Source: Candidatus Anstonellales archaeon (GTDB lineage Archaea > Micrarchaeota > Micrarchaeia > Anstonellales > J096). From it: DNA of 64,000 nt. The notes below the pieces were generated by a model that searched no databases, was not told the DNA's origin, and worked only from the letters and a program-made list of their open reading frames with translations. The stretch lies in the NCBI GenBank assembly GCA_038890615.1, contig JAWAFI010000003.1, positions 20,807-84,806 on the forward strand. Direction: 5' to 3'. Shown here in pieces: positions 9,535 through 18,942 of the stretch. Both the position numbers and the translations under genes were made by a program. Position 1 is the stretch's first letter; each line of letters starts with the position of its first letter.

Positions 9535-9911
9535 TTTACATCATCCCCAAATATTGGAGAAAGACCTCTTTCCGTTATTCCGTATTTGGGCGGATTTATT
9601 ATGCTTGAGAAGACTGGCTCCATAGTTGACCAAGCCTTCTCTGGGTCTTTTTCTGCTTCTTCTATTATATTGTCCATTAAGACAAATATAATGAAATTCC
9701 TGTAAACCTCTTCAGCAGCCAGCTCATTTATACCCTTACCTTTAGTGGATTTTTGGACAAATGAGCAAAGCTTTTTTACAAGAGCCTTGTATGCAGTTTC
9801 GTGCTTTCTTTTATTCTCCTTGGCAAGGGAAACAAACCTCTTCTGAGCTATTTGCTCAAGCTCTGCAGGCATTTCAAGAAGCATGTTCTCAATATTTTCG
9901 TGGGTTATCAT
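9531..9911 (-). CDS. Hypothetical helical protein in the AAA-vWA operon
   Basis: 126-aa ORF, 4-nt overlap with the vWA gene, 4-nt gap from the AAA gene. Confidence 0.75.
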   Translation of the reverse strand: MITHENIENMLLEMPAELEQIAQKRFVSLAKENKRKHETAYKALVKKLCSFVQKSTKGKGINELAAEEVYRNFIIFVLMDNIIEEAEKDPEKAWSTMEPVFSSIINPPKYGITERGLSPIFGDDVK

Positions 9912-9915
9912 AACG

Positions 9916-12759
9916 TCACCTTTTTGCCTTTGTTGATTGAAGGCTTTTATCGATATATGAGGAAATTATTTCAGCAAGAAGTTGCTTCTCCTCTTCATTC
10001 ATCTTTTTAAGTGCTTTTTTCCTTAACTCCTTCTTTTCCTCAGGGTCAATGATCTGACCCTTTAATTCTATTTCAGTGTCAATCATATCAGTTATTGAAC
10101 TTATAGAACTTCTAGTTGCCTTCACAACATCATCAAAATCATTGTTTATTACTTGCAAGCGACCTTTAGGGTCATTTTTATTTATTAGCATTTTAAGCAC
10201 AAGAGTAGCCAAATCTTCATCCTGAGTAATGCTCAAAACTACCTCATAGATATAGGCCATGTTCCTTTGGTCTGCATCAATGTTTATTGTAGTAGCGGCA
10301 ACCCTTGATAGATCATCTATGAAAATTAATGGTATCACAGACCTGCTAAGGAAATTGTCTAGGATAATAGAAGAAATATTCATTGTACCCATTATCCTAA
10401 CATTTGATATATCCAGGATCTCGCCGTCTATATCAACTGAATTTTGGGTAAGCACTGTGTTGAGCTCCTGGCTAGATTGTACCGAATCTATTTCATTTAC
10501 GAGTATTATAAAAAGCTTTTCTGGATTTCTTGATGCCTCTCTCAATGTAGAAACGAGCTTGCTTTCTTGCATTTTTGCCCTTTTTCCATCTACTGACTCA
10601 GCTTCAACATTTGTTGACTTCAAAGTGACTTCATCGCTGTTAAGATTTGAAAACTTGATTTCCTTATAACTAAGGCCGAGCTCGTTGTTTAACACTTTAA
10701 GAAGATGCGGAACAGCCTCTGCCATTGTTGTTTTACCCTCTTGTGTACTTCCTATATAAAGGAAAAACCTTTGCCCGCCAATTATTCCGGCAAGTGTTGA
10801 CAGCAAATAGTAGTAATAAGGTTCTGAGTAAACCAGTGTATCTCCCTCTTGCTTAAGTAAAATAGTATGCCCTAAACCTTCAACACCCAACATACTCTTC
10901 AATTCTCCTGCACCTTTTCTTAATTTACTCCTGAGCTCTTCAGAATCAGGAGTTTCGCTCTGCCTTGTATAACTGCCAACATTTAAATGAGTCATAAATC
11001 TCATCATGCCAAACAACATTGTAGAGAAAGCCCTTTCGTTACCCAAGAATGGAAATTCCTCCTTCGTCACATTTATTGTTGATTCTTTTAATATTCTCTG
11101 CGCCCTTATATTGACCTTGATAACCTCAGGAAGCTTTGCTGAAATATCCTTTTCTTTTATATAATTTAACATCTGATTTAGGAATATGTAGGATGCATAT
11201 ATCCTAAGCATCCCTGCTATTGTTCTTAAACTAGGAAGCATTCTGCTTGAGTAACGCTCAGGATCTGACTCAAATTCCTTGAATAAGTTTTCATAGTTTT
11301 TTATTATTGCCATTGCGAACTCCTTTAATTTTTGCGACTGCTTTTCAAGCATCTTTTTATTTGCTTCTTTAGGGCTTACTAGCTGGGCTTCAAGCAACTT
11401 GATAAGCTTTTCTACATAGCCAGAAATACCATCCTTTCCTAGGAGGAATTCTTCAAGTTTTTCTGGGGTTAGATAAGTGAACTTTATTGGGTGTACCCTT
11501 TCCTCTGTTGATGGATGAAGACCAACAGGGTTTCTTTCATCTGAAGACCTGACATTCCCAGTGCCAAAAAGCATCAGCATAGATGGTGCAGGGATTAAAA
11601 GCCTTACAATCCCTGGTTCTTTTTTTTCATACTTTTCTAAAGCATTCTGGATTTCTAGAACTGCATTTTTCAGATAAGCTTCAGTATTTCTAATGTCTTC
11701 TGAAGAAGCGAGCCCAAACACCTTTCCAATAAGGGTTCTGTCCTTAAGCAAATTGTTTATACTCGCCATTATTGACTTAAGGTTTAGGTATGTTTCTTCA
11801 TTAAGCTTTGAAGGCTCAAAAGAGAAAGAAACAACGTTTTTGTTCAAGAAGAGGTCAAGGAATGTATGGAGCTCTTTTGGCCTTTTGTCAGCGCTCTGAA
11901 CATTCCTTGGTATTTCGCTCAGTTCATCAAAAACAAATATGCTTATCTCTCCTTTGAATGCCTTCTCAAGGGTTTTCAAAAATGGTATTTTATACTGCTC
12001 TTTTATAATTTCGCCGTCGCCAATTTTTACTGGTTTTATCAAATATGAGCTAGTTCCTAATGGTTCAGTTACTTCGCTTTGCGCAGGCACAACGCATACC
12101 TCTATATGAACCCTGTCTTTTTCAGAAGATGGGAATTTCAAATATTCTGGCATTCTTATTAGGTTTCCAAGAAATCTGAAAACCTCTGCTTTAAGAGCCT
12201 TCTTTTCTTCCTCTAGCTCAGTGGCTTGCAAAGGCCTTTCCTTCATATCTGCCTCAATTTCAGAATAATAAGACACTACTCTTTCGAGCATTTTTGCAAC
12301 CACACGAGAATCTGAGAACCTTTCTAAGCTTTTCCTAAGGTTCTTTGACCTCATGAACCTATCAAGCATTTCTTTAAGTTCTGGAACATTTTCTAATGCT
12401 TTAAATGCATTTATGCCTTTTTGCACTTCGTAGATATGCGCCAAGCCTTCTAATATTTCCGGCATGGCTGTAAGCAAGGTATGGGTTTTTCCTGAACCTG
12501 GGGGGCCTTCAAGGTAGATCATGCAGGGTTTCCTTTCATTGGAAAGCATCAAACCAATAATCTCATTAGTCATAGAAATAGAAAAATGTGGGTTTATCCC
12601 CCATACCGTAACATAAAGCTCATTAATTTTCAAGAGAGCGTGGCTGAATGCCTTAGATATATCTTCAGCTGATTGCTTATCAAGAAGCTCCTGCTTTCCA
12701 AAATATTTATTTTGCACCACCTTACTAATGGGGCCTCCGTCATCAAATTTGTTTGCCAT
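9916..12759 (-). CDS. Tandem AAA+ ATPase (two MoxR/dynein-related modules)
   Basis: Module 1: GPPGSGKT, IFVFDE, FGTGN, STEER, PSLR. Module 2: GSTQEGKT, ILVNE, IMGTMN, FLSR. GGTG SD upstream. Confidence 0.85.
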   Translation of the reverse strand: MANKFDDGGPISKVVQNKYFGKQELLDKQSAEDISKAFSHALLKINELYVTVWGINPHFSISMTNEIIGLMLSNERKPCMIYLEGPPGSGKTHTLLTAMPEILEGLAHIYEVQKGINAFKALENVPELKEMLDRFMRSKNLRKSLERFSDSRVVAKMLERVVSYYSEIEADMKERPLQATELEEEKKALKAEVFRFLGNLIRMPEYLKFPSSEKDRVHIEVCVVPAQSEVTEPLGTSSYLIKPVKIGDGEIIKEQYKIPFLKTLEKAFKGEISIFVFDELSEIPRNVQSADKRPKELHTFLDLFLNKNVVSFSFEPSKLNEETYLNLKSIMASINNLLKDRTLIGKVFGLASSEDIRNTEAYLKNAVLEIQNALEKYEKKEPGIVRLLIPAPSMLMLFGTGNVRSSDERNPVGLHPSTEERVHPIKFTYLTPEKLEEFLLGKDGISGYVEKLIKLLEAQLVSPKEANKKMLEKQSQKLKEFAMAIIKNYENLFKEFESDPERYSSRMLPSLRTIAGMLRIYASYIFLNQMLNYIKEKDISAKLPEVIKVNIRAQRILKESTINVTKEEFPFLGNERAFSTMLFGMMRFMTHLNVGSYTRQSETPDSEELRSKLRKGAGELKSMLGVEGLGHTILLKQEGDTLVYSEPYYYYLLSTLAGIIGGQRFFLYIGSTQEGKTTMAEAVPHLLKVLNNELGLSYKEIKFSNLNSDEVTLKSTNVEAESVDGKRAKMQESKLVSTLREASRNPEKLFIILVNEIDSVQSSQELNTVLTQNSVDIDGEILDISNVRIMGTMNISSIILDNFLSRSVIPLIFIDDLSRVAATTINIDADQRNMAYIYEVVLSITQDEDLATLVLKMLINKNDPKGRLQVINNDFDDVVKATRSSISSITDMIDTEIELKGQIIDPEEKKELRKKALKKMNEEEKQLLAEIISSYIDKSLQSTKAKR

Positions 12760-12770
12760 TATCTAGCACC

Positions 12771-13319
12771 CTAAACAACTTCTTTGTACACTGCACCTAC
12801 GCTTTCAATTCTTTCAACTTCTTTTAAAGACCCCCTTTCACTTACAATATCAACAGTCATCAAAAACTTCTGAAGGTCGTTTGCTTCCAAGTCAAGGGAC
12901 AAAAGGGCTTCTATAACTTCTGCCTGGTTCATTGTAAGGACATCCTTTGTTGAAGTGCTGTTTATGTTTATTTTTGGTATGTTCTCAGGTGCAAGCATTT
13001 CCTTCAGCTTGTTCTGATCAAGCCCGTTCATTCTCGCATAAAAGTATACTGCAAGGCCTCCGGAGTTTGCACCCTCGCTCTTCAACTTTTTCAGCTCTTC
13101 AAATACTTTGGGGAGGAGCATAACTGCTTGCCTAGAAGGGTCTTTCGGGCTTTCGTCAACCGCTTTTTCCAAAACCGTCTTGTAATAGTAGTCCCAGAGG
13201 TGCTTCTCAGCTATAGAAGTAAGTCCGTCAAAAAAGCCGTATTCCCTGGCTTTACTCATGACTGCATCCACTATTACCTTGGCTGTCTCCTCGCATTCTG
13301 GTTTTGCATCCCCACTCAT
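12771..13319 (-). CDS. Hypothetical protein, first gene of the AAA-vWA operon
   Basis: 182-aa ORF with AGGTGA SD, 11 nt from the AAA gene. Confidence 0.75.
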   Translation of the reverse strand: MSGDAKPECEETAKVIVDAVMSKAREYGFFDGLTSIAEKHLWDYYYKTVLEKAVDESPKDPSRQAVMLLPKVFEELKKLKSEGANSGGLAVYFYARMNGLDQNKLKEMLAPENIPKININSTSTKDVLTMNQAEVIEALLSLDLEANDLQKFLMTVDIVSERGSLKEVERIESVGAVYKEVV

Positions 13320-13404
13320 TCTTTCACCTTATCTTATATATTTTTTGCCCTTTTTAATACTTTCTATTAGCAATTATTAAAAAATATAACGATTACTAAT
13401 TTTT

Positions 13405-15300
13405 ATGAAGAAACAAATTCTTTTTTTGTTTTTGGTGCTTATCTTCTCCGTAAGTGCAAAGGATTTCAACATAGGCAAGGCAGAGGTTAGCTATGAAATC
13501 GAGAAAAACGGGGTTGTAAAAGTAGAGGAAAGAATAACATATAATCTCCTATGCAGAGAAGGGGAGGTTTTCAAGGAATTGTACATACAAAAACCCCCTG
13601 AACTCATTATTTCTAACCCAACAGGGTATTGCGAAGGTGCCTCATGCAAATTCAGAGTAGACGAACCTCAAAAGTCAGTATCAGGAGATAGAGAACTTAT
13701 TTTAGCCTTAGACAACAGCAAAAAAGGATCCTGCGGAATAAAAGATGGTAAGGAAACACCAGCAGTCGTAACTGCCGTGTTCAATTATGAAGTGAAAAAA
13801 GCAATTAAGGTATATCCTGACACTTCCCAATTTTTTTATAAAGTATGGGGGGAAGAATGGTCCAAGCAGGCGCCTCTTAAAGTAAAAATAATCATGCCTG
13901 AAGGAGAAGGAAAGGCCCAATTTTTCATACACAATAATGTTGAGACTGCAGTAAAAGAATATGGGAATAGCATAGTTTTGGAGGCTATGCAACCGCCAAA
14001 CACTTTTTTAGAAATAAATTTGCTTATGCCAAAGGAGTGGATTGATGAAAAAAGCCCGGACATAATCTATGACCCTAACTACACGAAAGAAGACATAATA
14101 AGAATAGAGGAAGAAAGCAAGAAGAAGGTTGAAGAGGCCGAACAGCTGCTTCAATTAATATTTTTTGCTGATCTTCTGGCCTATGCCATTATTGCATTTT
14201 CTCCGCTTATCCTATGCGCTTATGCTTATTATAAGTATGGAAAGGAGTATTCCCCTGAAGAGGTTGGGTATTCTGCTAATATAGAATACGATCCCCCTAA
14301 CCCTAGGACTTCTCCTGCCGAAGCCCACCTAATTGAAAACGGGGGCATAGAGATAGGAAATGCATTTTTAGGCACCATCCTTGACCTTGCAGACAAAAAC
14401 CACATTGGAATAGAAGAAAGGGGAGAAGAAATATATTTAGTAAAAAAAGAAGCAAGCTCTTCAAGCCCTTTAAAGCCCCATGAAGAAAAGGCCAAGAGAA
14501 TCATAGATGAAGCGATCCAAGCAACATCAGGAGCAATAAATGAGATAAGCAAAGCTCTTGCCAAAAAAGCGCAAGAATTAGAAGAATGGCAGAGATTAGT
14601 AAAAGAGAGCGCGAATGTGGAAAACCTGATTGATCTTAAAGGGTATAATTTATTCAAAAGTAAGTATATGCTTTTGCTCTCTCTGCTTGTAATATATGCA
14701 TTCTTGAACATGCCTCTCCTCTTTATCCTTCAGTCAAACTTTGGATACACCTCTGCAATCAATTTGTTTAAGGCAGCGGTCCCGTTCCTTATTATCTTTT
14801 CATTCATCTATGCTTTCGTAGCAGGCGTATCCCTTTCTTTATTTGCTTATGAGAAGCTGAAAATGATATTAGGGAGATGGACAAAGGAAGGCAGATTACT
14901 TAACTTAAGGTGGGGCAACTTCAAAAAATACCTTTCTGAATACACTCACATAAAAGAGCATCCTCCAATGAGCATAATTATATGGGATAGGATGCTGGCA
15001 TATGCCACTGCCTTTGGGATAGCTGATAGAACAGCCGAAGCAATGCAGCTTTATTTGAAGGAGAACCCGGCAGTAGAAGAAAGGTTTAGGTTAGAGGCAG
15101 AAAGTTATGCAGGGAAAAGCGCGTTTTACAAAATGCTGAAAAAGCCAATGATGGTTAGCAAGCTAAAAGCATTGAGCACAAACTTAAGCAGGGCGCATGG
15201 TGCAAGGAGCATTAGAGTTGGAAAAGGCAGTTATGTTGGTGTAAGGGGTGTAGGAGGGCATGGCGGTGGCTTTGGCGGAGGAGGGGGCGGTGCCAGATAA
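13405..15300 (+). CDS. DUF2207-family membrane protein
   Basis: Signal peptide, V.E.ITY beta domain, TM segments, WGNFKKYL, WDRMLAYATAFG, Gly-rich tail GGGFGGGGGGAR. Confidence 0.88.
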   Translation: MKKQILFLFLVLIFSVSAKDFNIGKAEVSYEIEKNGVVKVEERITYNLLCREGEVFKELYIQKPPELIISNPTGYCEGASCKFRVDEPQKSVSGDRELILALDNSKKGSCGIKDGKETPAVVTAVFNYEVKKAIKVYPDTSQFFYKVWGEEWSKQAPLKVKIIMPEGEGKAQFFIHNNVETAVKEYGNSIVLEAMQPPNTFLEINLLMPKEWIDEKSPDIIYDPNYTKEDIIRIEEESKKKVEEAEQLLQLIFFADLLAYAIIAFSPLILCAYAYYKYGKEYSPEEVGYSANIEYDPPNPRTSPAEAHLIENGGIEIGNAFLGTILDLADKNHIGIEERGEEIYLVKKEASSSSPLKPHEEKAKRIIDEAIQATSGAINEISKALAKKAQELEEWQRLVKESANVENLIDLKGYNLFKSKYMLLLSLLVIYAFLNMPLLFILQSNFGYTSAINLFKAAVPFLIIFSFIYAFVAGVSLSLFAYEKLKMILGRWTKEGRLLNLRWGNFKKYLSEYTHIKEHPPMSIIIWDRMLAYATAFGIADRTAEAMQLYLKENPAVEERFRLEAESYAGKSAFYKMLKKPMMVSKLKALSTNLSRAHGARSIRVGKGSYVGVRGVGGHGGGFGGGGGGAR

Positions 15301-15344
15301 AACACACCGAAAGTTTAAAGAACCAGCAGAAGCAAAAATAATGC

Positions 15345-15986
15345 ATGCTTCCAAAGACAAATGAAGAGATGGTGGAAGCCCTTGCAGGTGCAGGGTATAT
15401 AAAAAGCAAAAGGGTAAAGGAAGCATTCTTGAAAACAGATAGGAAAAAATTCATACCTCAGGACTGTGGGGAATTCTGCTACGCAAACATGCCTTACCAG
15501 ACTTTAAGAGGGCAGACGATATCAGCGCCTTCAATAGCTGCTGAGATGGTTGAGATGCTTGAAGTGGAAAGAGGGAATAGGGTGCTTGAGGTAGGCTCTG
15601 GGAGCGGCTACCTTCTATGCATACTTTCCTATCTTTCAGAGCCCGGGCTTTGTATAGGGATTGAGCGGATAAATGAGCTTGTCGAGTTTGGAAGAAAGAG
15701 GCTAAAAGAGGAAGGAAGGGCCAATGCAAAGGTTGAAGAAGGCGATGGCTCAGAAGGGTGGCCTGCAGAGGCCCCTTATGACAAAATAATATTTTCAGGC
15801 GCTATGCCTTCCATTGAATCCTTGGAGACAGCAAAAGAGCAGCTTAAGGAAAAAGGGATAATTGTAGCCCCAGTAGGCGCCGGGGTTCAGAGATTAGTAA
15901 GATGGAAAAATGGTGCTTGGGAGGAAATAGAGGATGTAATTTTTGTTCCTATAATAGGAAAGAAGGGTTTTAAACTGATAGATTGA
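15345..15986 (+). CDS. pcm: Protein-L-isoaspartate O-methyltransferase
   Basis: GQTISAP, VLEVGSGSGY, GDGSEGW..EAPYDKI, FVPI. Confidence 0.93.
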   Translation: MLPKTNEEMVEALAGAGYIKSKRVKEAFLKTDRKKFIPQDCGEFCYANMPYQTLRGQTISAPSIAAEMVEMLEVERGNRVLEVGSGSGYLLCILSYLSEPGLCIGIERINELVEFGRKRLKEEGRANAKVEEGDGSEGWPAEAPYDKIIFSGAMPSIESLETAKEQLKEKGIIVAPVGAGVQRLVRWKNGAWEEIEDVIFVPIIGKKGFKLID

Positions 15987-16005
15987 TTTAGTAAAAGGTG
16001 GTTTC

Positions 16006-16893
16006 ATGGCAATAGGAACCGGGTATGGGAAATATATACTGTTTGGGGAGCACTTTGTAGTGCATGGCGCCCCAGCTATTGCGCTCCCAACTGCAAATTG
16101 TGTCGAAGTGAATGTAGAAGTAGGGAAAAAAGGCGTTTTCCCAGAAGTTTACGCAAACGAGATAAACCTCATGGCATTTGAAGCGCTAAAAAAGGCCGTT
16201 GAACAAGAGACAGGTGAATCTTTTGAGAGCTTTAGGGTAGAAATAATTTCAGCAACCATACCGATAGGCGCAGGCATGGGCAGCTCAGCAGCTTTTGCAG
16301 TGGCAGTTGCAAGGGGCCTTTTGAAAGAATTGGGCATTGATGACAACCCTATGCTGGTAAACAGGCTTGCCCATGAAATGGAAATGGTTTACCATGGAAA
16401 CCCTTCAGGGATAGATGACACAGTGGCGACATATGCTAAGCCAGTGGTTTTTACAAAGGGTGAAGGCACAAGGTTCATAAGCATGAACTGGAGCCCTGCA
16501 ATGATTGCAGTTGACAGCGGATTCCCAAGGAGCACCAAGGCAATGGTACAAAAAGTCGGCGAGCTTAAGCAGAGGGAGCCATCTGTGTTTGAAAGCTTGA
16601 TGAACAGCGCAAGGCTAATAACCAAATACGGCGAGCTTTATTTGCAGTCAGCAAATGTAAAAGGGCTTGGGGACCTAATGAACATAAACCAGGGGCTACT
16701 GAATGGGATAGGAGTATCAATACCTGCAATAGAAAAAATATGCTCCCAACTTAGGGAATCAGGCGCAAGCGGCGCAAAGTTATCAGGAGGAGGCGGAGGG
16801 GGTATAGTGCTTGGCCTTTTTGAAAGCAAGCGAGACGCTGAATCTTTTGCCGATTCATTTAGGGAGATATACAGCATAACGAAGCTTTACTAA
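16006..16893 (+). CDS. mvk: Mevalonate kinase (GHMP family)
   Basis: GKYILFGEHFVVHG, PIGAGMGSSAA, HGNPSGID, GAKLSGGGGGG. Confidence 0.92.
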   Translation: MAIGTGYGKYILFGEHFVVHGAPAIALPTANCVEVNVEVGKKGVFPEVYANEINLMAFEALKKAVEQETGESFESFRVEIISATIPIGAGMGSSAAFAVAVARGLLKELGIDDNPMLVNRLAHEMEMVYHGNPSGIDDTVATYAKPVVFTKGEGTRFISMNWSPAMIAVDSGFPRSTKAMVQKVGELKQREPSVFESLMNSARLITKYGELYLQSANVKGLGDLMNINQGLLNGIGVSIPAIEKICSQLRESGASGAKLSGGGGGGIVLGLFESKRDAESFADSFREIYSITKLY

Positions 16894-16901
16894 AAGCGCT
16901 T

Positions 16902-17902
16902 CTAAAGCTTGCTTATTGCTTCCTTTACTGCAAACCTTATCGCCAAATGTTCAGTAGTGTCATTAAGCAGAGGCAGAAGTGATTTAACAAAGTTTTCCTT
17001 CCAAAGCTTTGGGGCAGGGTAGCTGTTCCTTGAACTGTCAAAGCAACATGAAGGGCTGCTATGCGGTACTTCAAATCGTTTCTCTTGTCAAGCGCTATCT
17101 TTATGAGCTCATCAGCTATGCTTGACTCCATTTCTGTCTGCTTGAAGCTTGAGAACATGCTCTTGAGGTCTTTGTAATTCTTCTTTTCTGTTTCATCACC
17201 CTTAACTATTGAATAATAAAGCGCCATTTCCTTTAGCTTTTTATTTATTGCAGACACAATATCACTCATCTTCTCGCCAAATTGTAAAACTTTCAAGCAT
17301 TGGTGGCACTTAACACCCATTTCATAAACCTTCTTCAACTCAGTGTTTATGGCAACGACGCTTTCATCTATCACCCTTAGTATTCCCTTCCCGGCAAGAG
17401 CACGCACTTCAGGCACTATAACGGGGCTAGAGAATATAGTAAGCAACAAGTCAAAATTAGAGGTAGTTTCGAGATGGTGTTCAAGCATCTCAACCTTTGT
17501 CTTGTGAGGTGATGAAACAATGGCCTGAACAAGCCTCTCCAGCTTGTCCTTTGTGGTGCTGCTGCGCTCCATGAAACTTATGAGGCTAGCAGTAGGCACA
17601 TCAGCGCCATGCTCCACTAGCTTTATCGCTGCTATTGAAACGTCCAAAAAGTTGGGGTCTGAGAAAATCGGCTCTATGACCTTGCCAACCTTCTGCTGCC
17701 ATATTACATCAAGAGAAGAAACAAGCACCATTGAACTGTTAAGCTCTTGATTAAGAAGCTCTGTATCTTTAGGGTATGCATCAATGAGCTGCTTGATCCT
17801 CCATAATTTTTTAGCTACAACAGATTCTGATGAATGGTCAAGCCCTTCCTCCTTGCTTACTCCTTCAGCAGGCTTCCCCCCAACGGTTGTTTTCACAACC
17901 AT
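16902..17902 (-). pseudogene. Helical/HEAT-like repeat protein, apparently frameshifted near 17040 (ORF as sequenced is 16937..17902)
   Basis: The main frame has a HEAT-like LIKIALDKRNDLKYRIAAL and then an odd tail; the -1 frame continues ..KSLLPLLNDTTEHLAIRFAVKEAISKL* to TAG 16904-16902. Confidence 0.55.
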
Positions 17903-17957
17903 AATTTTATATCTGAAAGGGTGTTTAAAAGGGTTTCATTTGGCAAAGTTGATTGCA

Positions 17958-18590
17958 TTACGATTCCTGCTTCTCAAGCCTTCTCTTTATCACTTTTAGG
18001 GAAACGAAGCTGTCCCTCTCAAGCTCATCTAATTTGAAGGAAATGTCTCGCTTTGCCTTATCCAAATCAGGTATCATTATGTATTCTAGGGAGTTGACTC
18101 TCCTCTTCGTCTTCTCTATCTCTGCCAGTATCCTCTTTATTGCTGTTTCAGTTGCAGCCACCTCAATGACAAGATCCATGACTTCCTCAAACAGGTCTGC
18201 AGCCTTGTCAACCCTTGCGTTCGTCATTATCACAGAGTAGCCCCTGTGCAAGTAATCCCTCTTGTCCAGCGAGCCCTCGAGTTCCGGGATCTTTATGCCC
18301 ATTATGTTCCTTGTTTTCACCTTAAGCGTGTGGTTCCTCTTTATTGAGGAAAGAAGGTTCTTTATCTCTGTAGGGCTGTAATGCAAGTAAACTGGCTTAA
18401 GAGCAGCATAACCTTCCCTTACCTTTGCATTTAGCTTTTCCCTTATATCCCTTGCCCTTTTTATTATCCTGAAGAACTCCATTATGAGCGCATCCCTCTT
18501 CTTCTTTAGAAGCTGGTGGCCCTTCTTAGCAAGCACTATCCTTTGCTTGATCTTTATTAGCTCCATCCTTGTTGGTTTGTAGTCTGCCAT
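17958..18590 (-). CDS. atpD: A/V-type ATP synthase subunit D
   Basis: PTRMEL, GHQLLKKKRDAL, TKRRVNSLEYIMIP, LDELER. Confidence 0.95.
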   Translation of the reverse strand: MADYKPTRMELIKIKQRIVLAKKGHQLLKKKRDALIMEFFRIIKRARDIREKLNAKVREGYAALKPVYLHYSPTEIKNLLSSIKRNHTLKVKTRNIMGIKIPELEGSLDKRDYLHRGYSVIMTNARVDKAADLFEEVMDLVIEVAATETAIKRILAEIEKTKRRVNSLEYIMIPDLDKAKRDISFKLDELERDSFVSLKVIKRRLEKQES

Positions 18591-18591
18591 A

Positions 18592-18810
18592 TTAAGCCTC
18601 TGCCAGGACGCTTAGCACTTTAACGAGCGAACCATCCTTTTCTTTGAATGTCATTTTTATTCCCTCTGACTTGAAGGCACTTTTGAGCACATTATAGTTA
18701 AGGTTGAGTTCCTTCCCAAGCTCAAGTGCAACCTCATATATCCTCTTGCCCTCCATAACATTGTTGAGGTTCTCCATAACAGTAAGCATTAGAAACTCTT
18801 CTTTCTTCAT
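18592..18810 (-). CDS. Small hypothetical protein (72 aa) directly upstream of atpD
   Basis: ATG at 18810 about 25 nt below a TTTTAAA box; 1-nt gap to atpD. Confidence 0.6.
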   Translation of the reverse strand: MKKEEFLMLTVMENLNNVMEGKRIYEVALELGKELNLNYNVLKSAFKSEGIKMTFKEKDGSLVKVLSVLAEA

Positions 18811-18852
18811 AGCAAAAGTATTAAATAAGCGTGATTTAAAATACTTTCCATC

Positions 18853-18925
18853 GGGGCTGTGGGCCAACCTGGTATGCTGCCACCTTCGGGAGGTGGTGAT
18901 CTGAGTTCAAATCTCGGCAGCCCCA
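18853..18925 (+). tRNA. tRNA-Pro(CGG)
   Basis: GGGGCTG/CAGCCCC acceptor stem, CCACC-TTCGGGA-GGTGG anticodon arm, GAGTTCAAATCTC T-arm. Confidence 0.95.
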
Positions 18926-18942
18926 CTAACACAGGTGTGGAA

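Noticed and set aside
5117..13319. AAA-vWA region as an integrated provirus or plasmid
   Set aside because: No integrase, capsid, packaging or replication gene recognised, and no duplicated tRNA 3' end (att site) seen
15240..15297. G-rich low-complexity tract
   Set aside because: Encodes the Gly-rich tail typical of DUF2207 proteins
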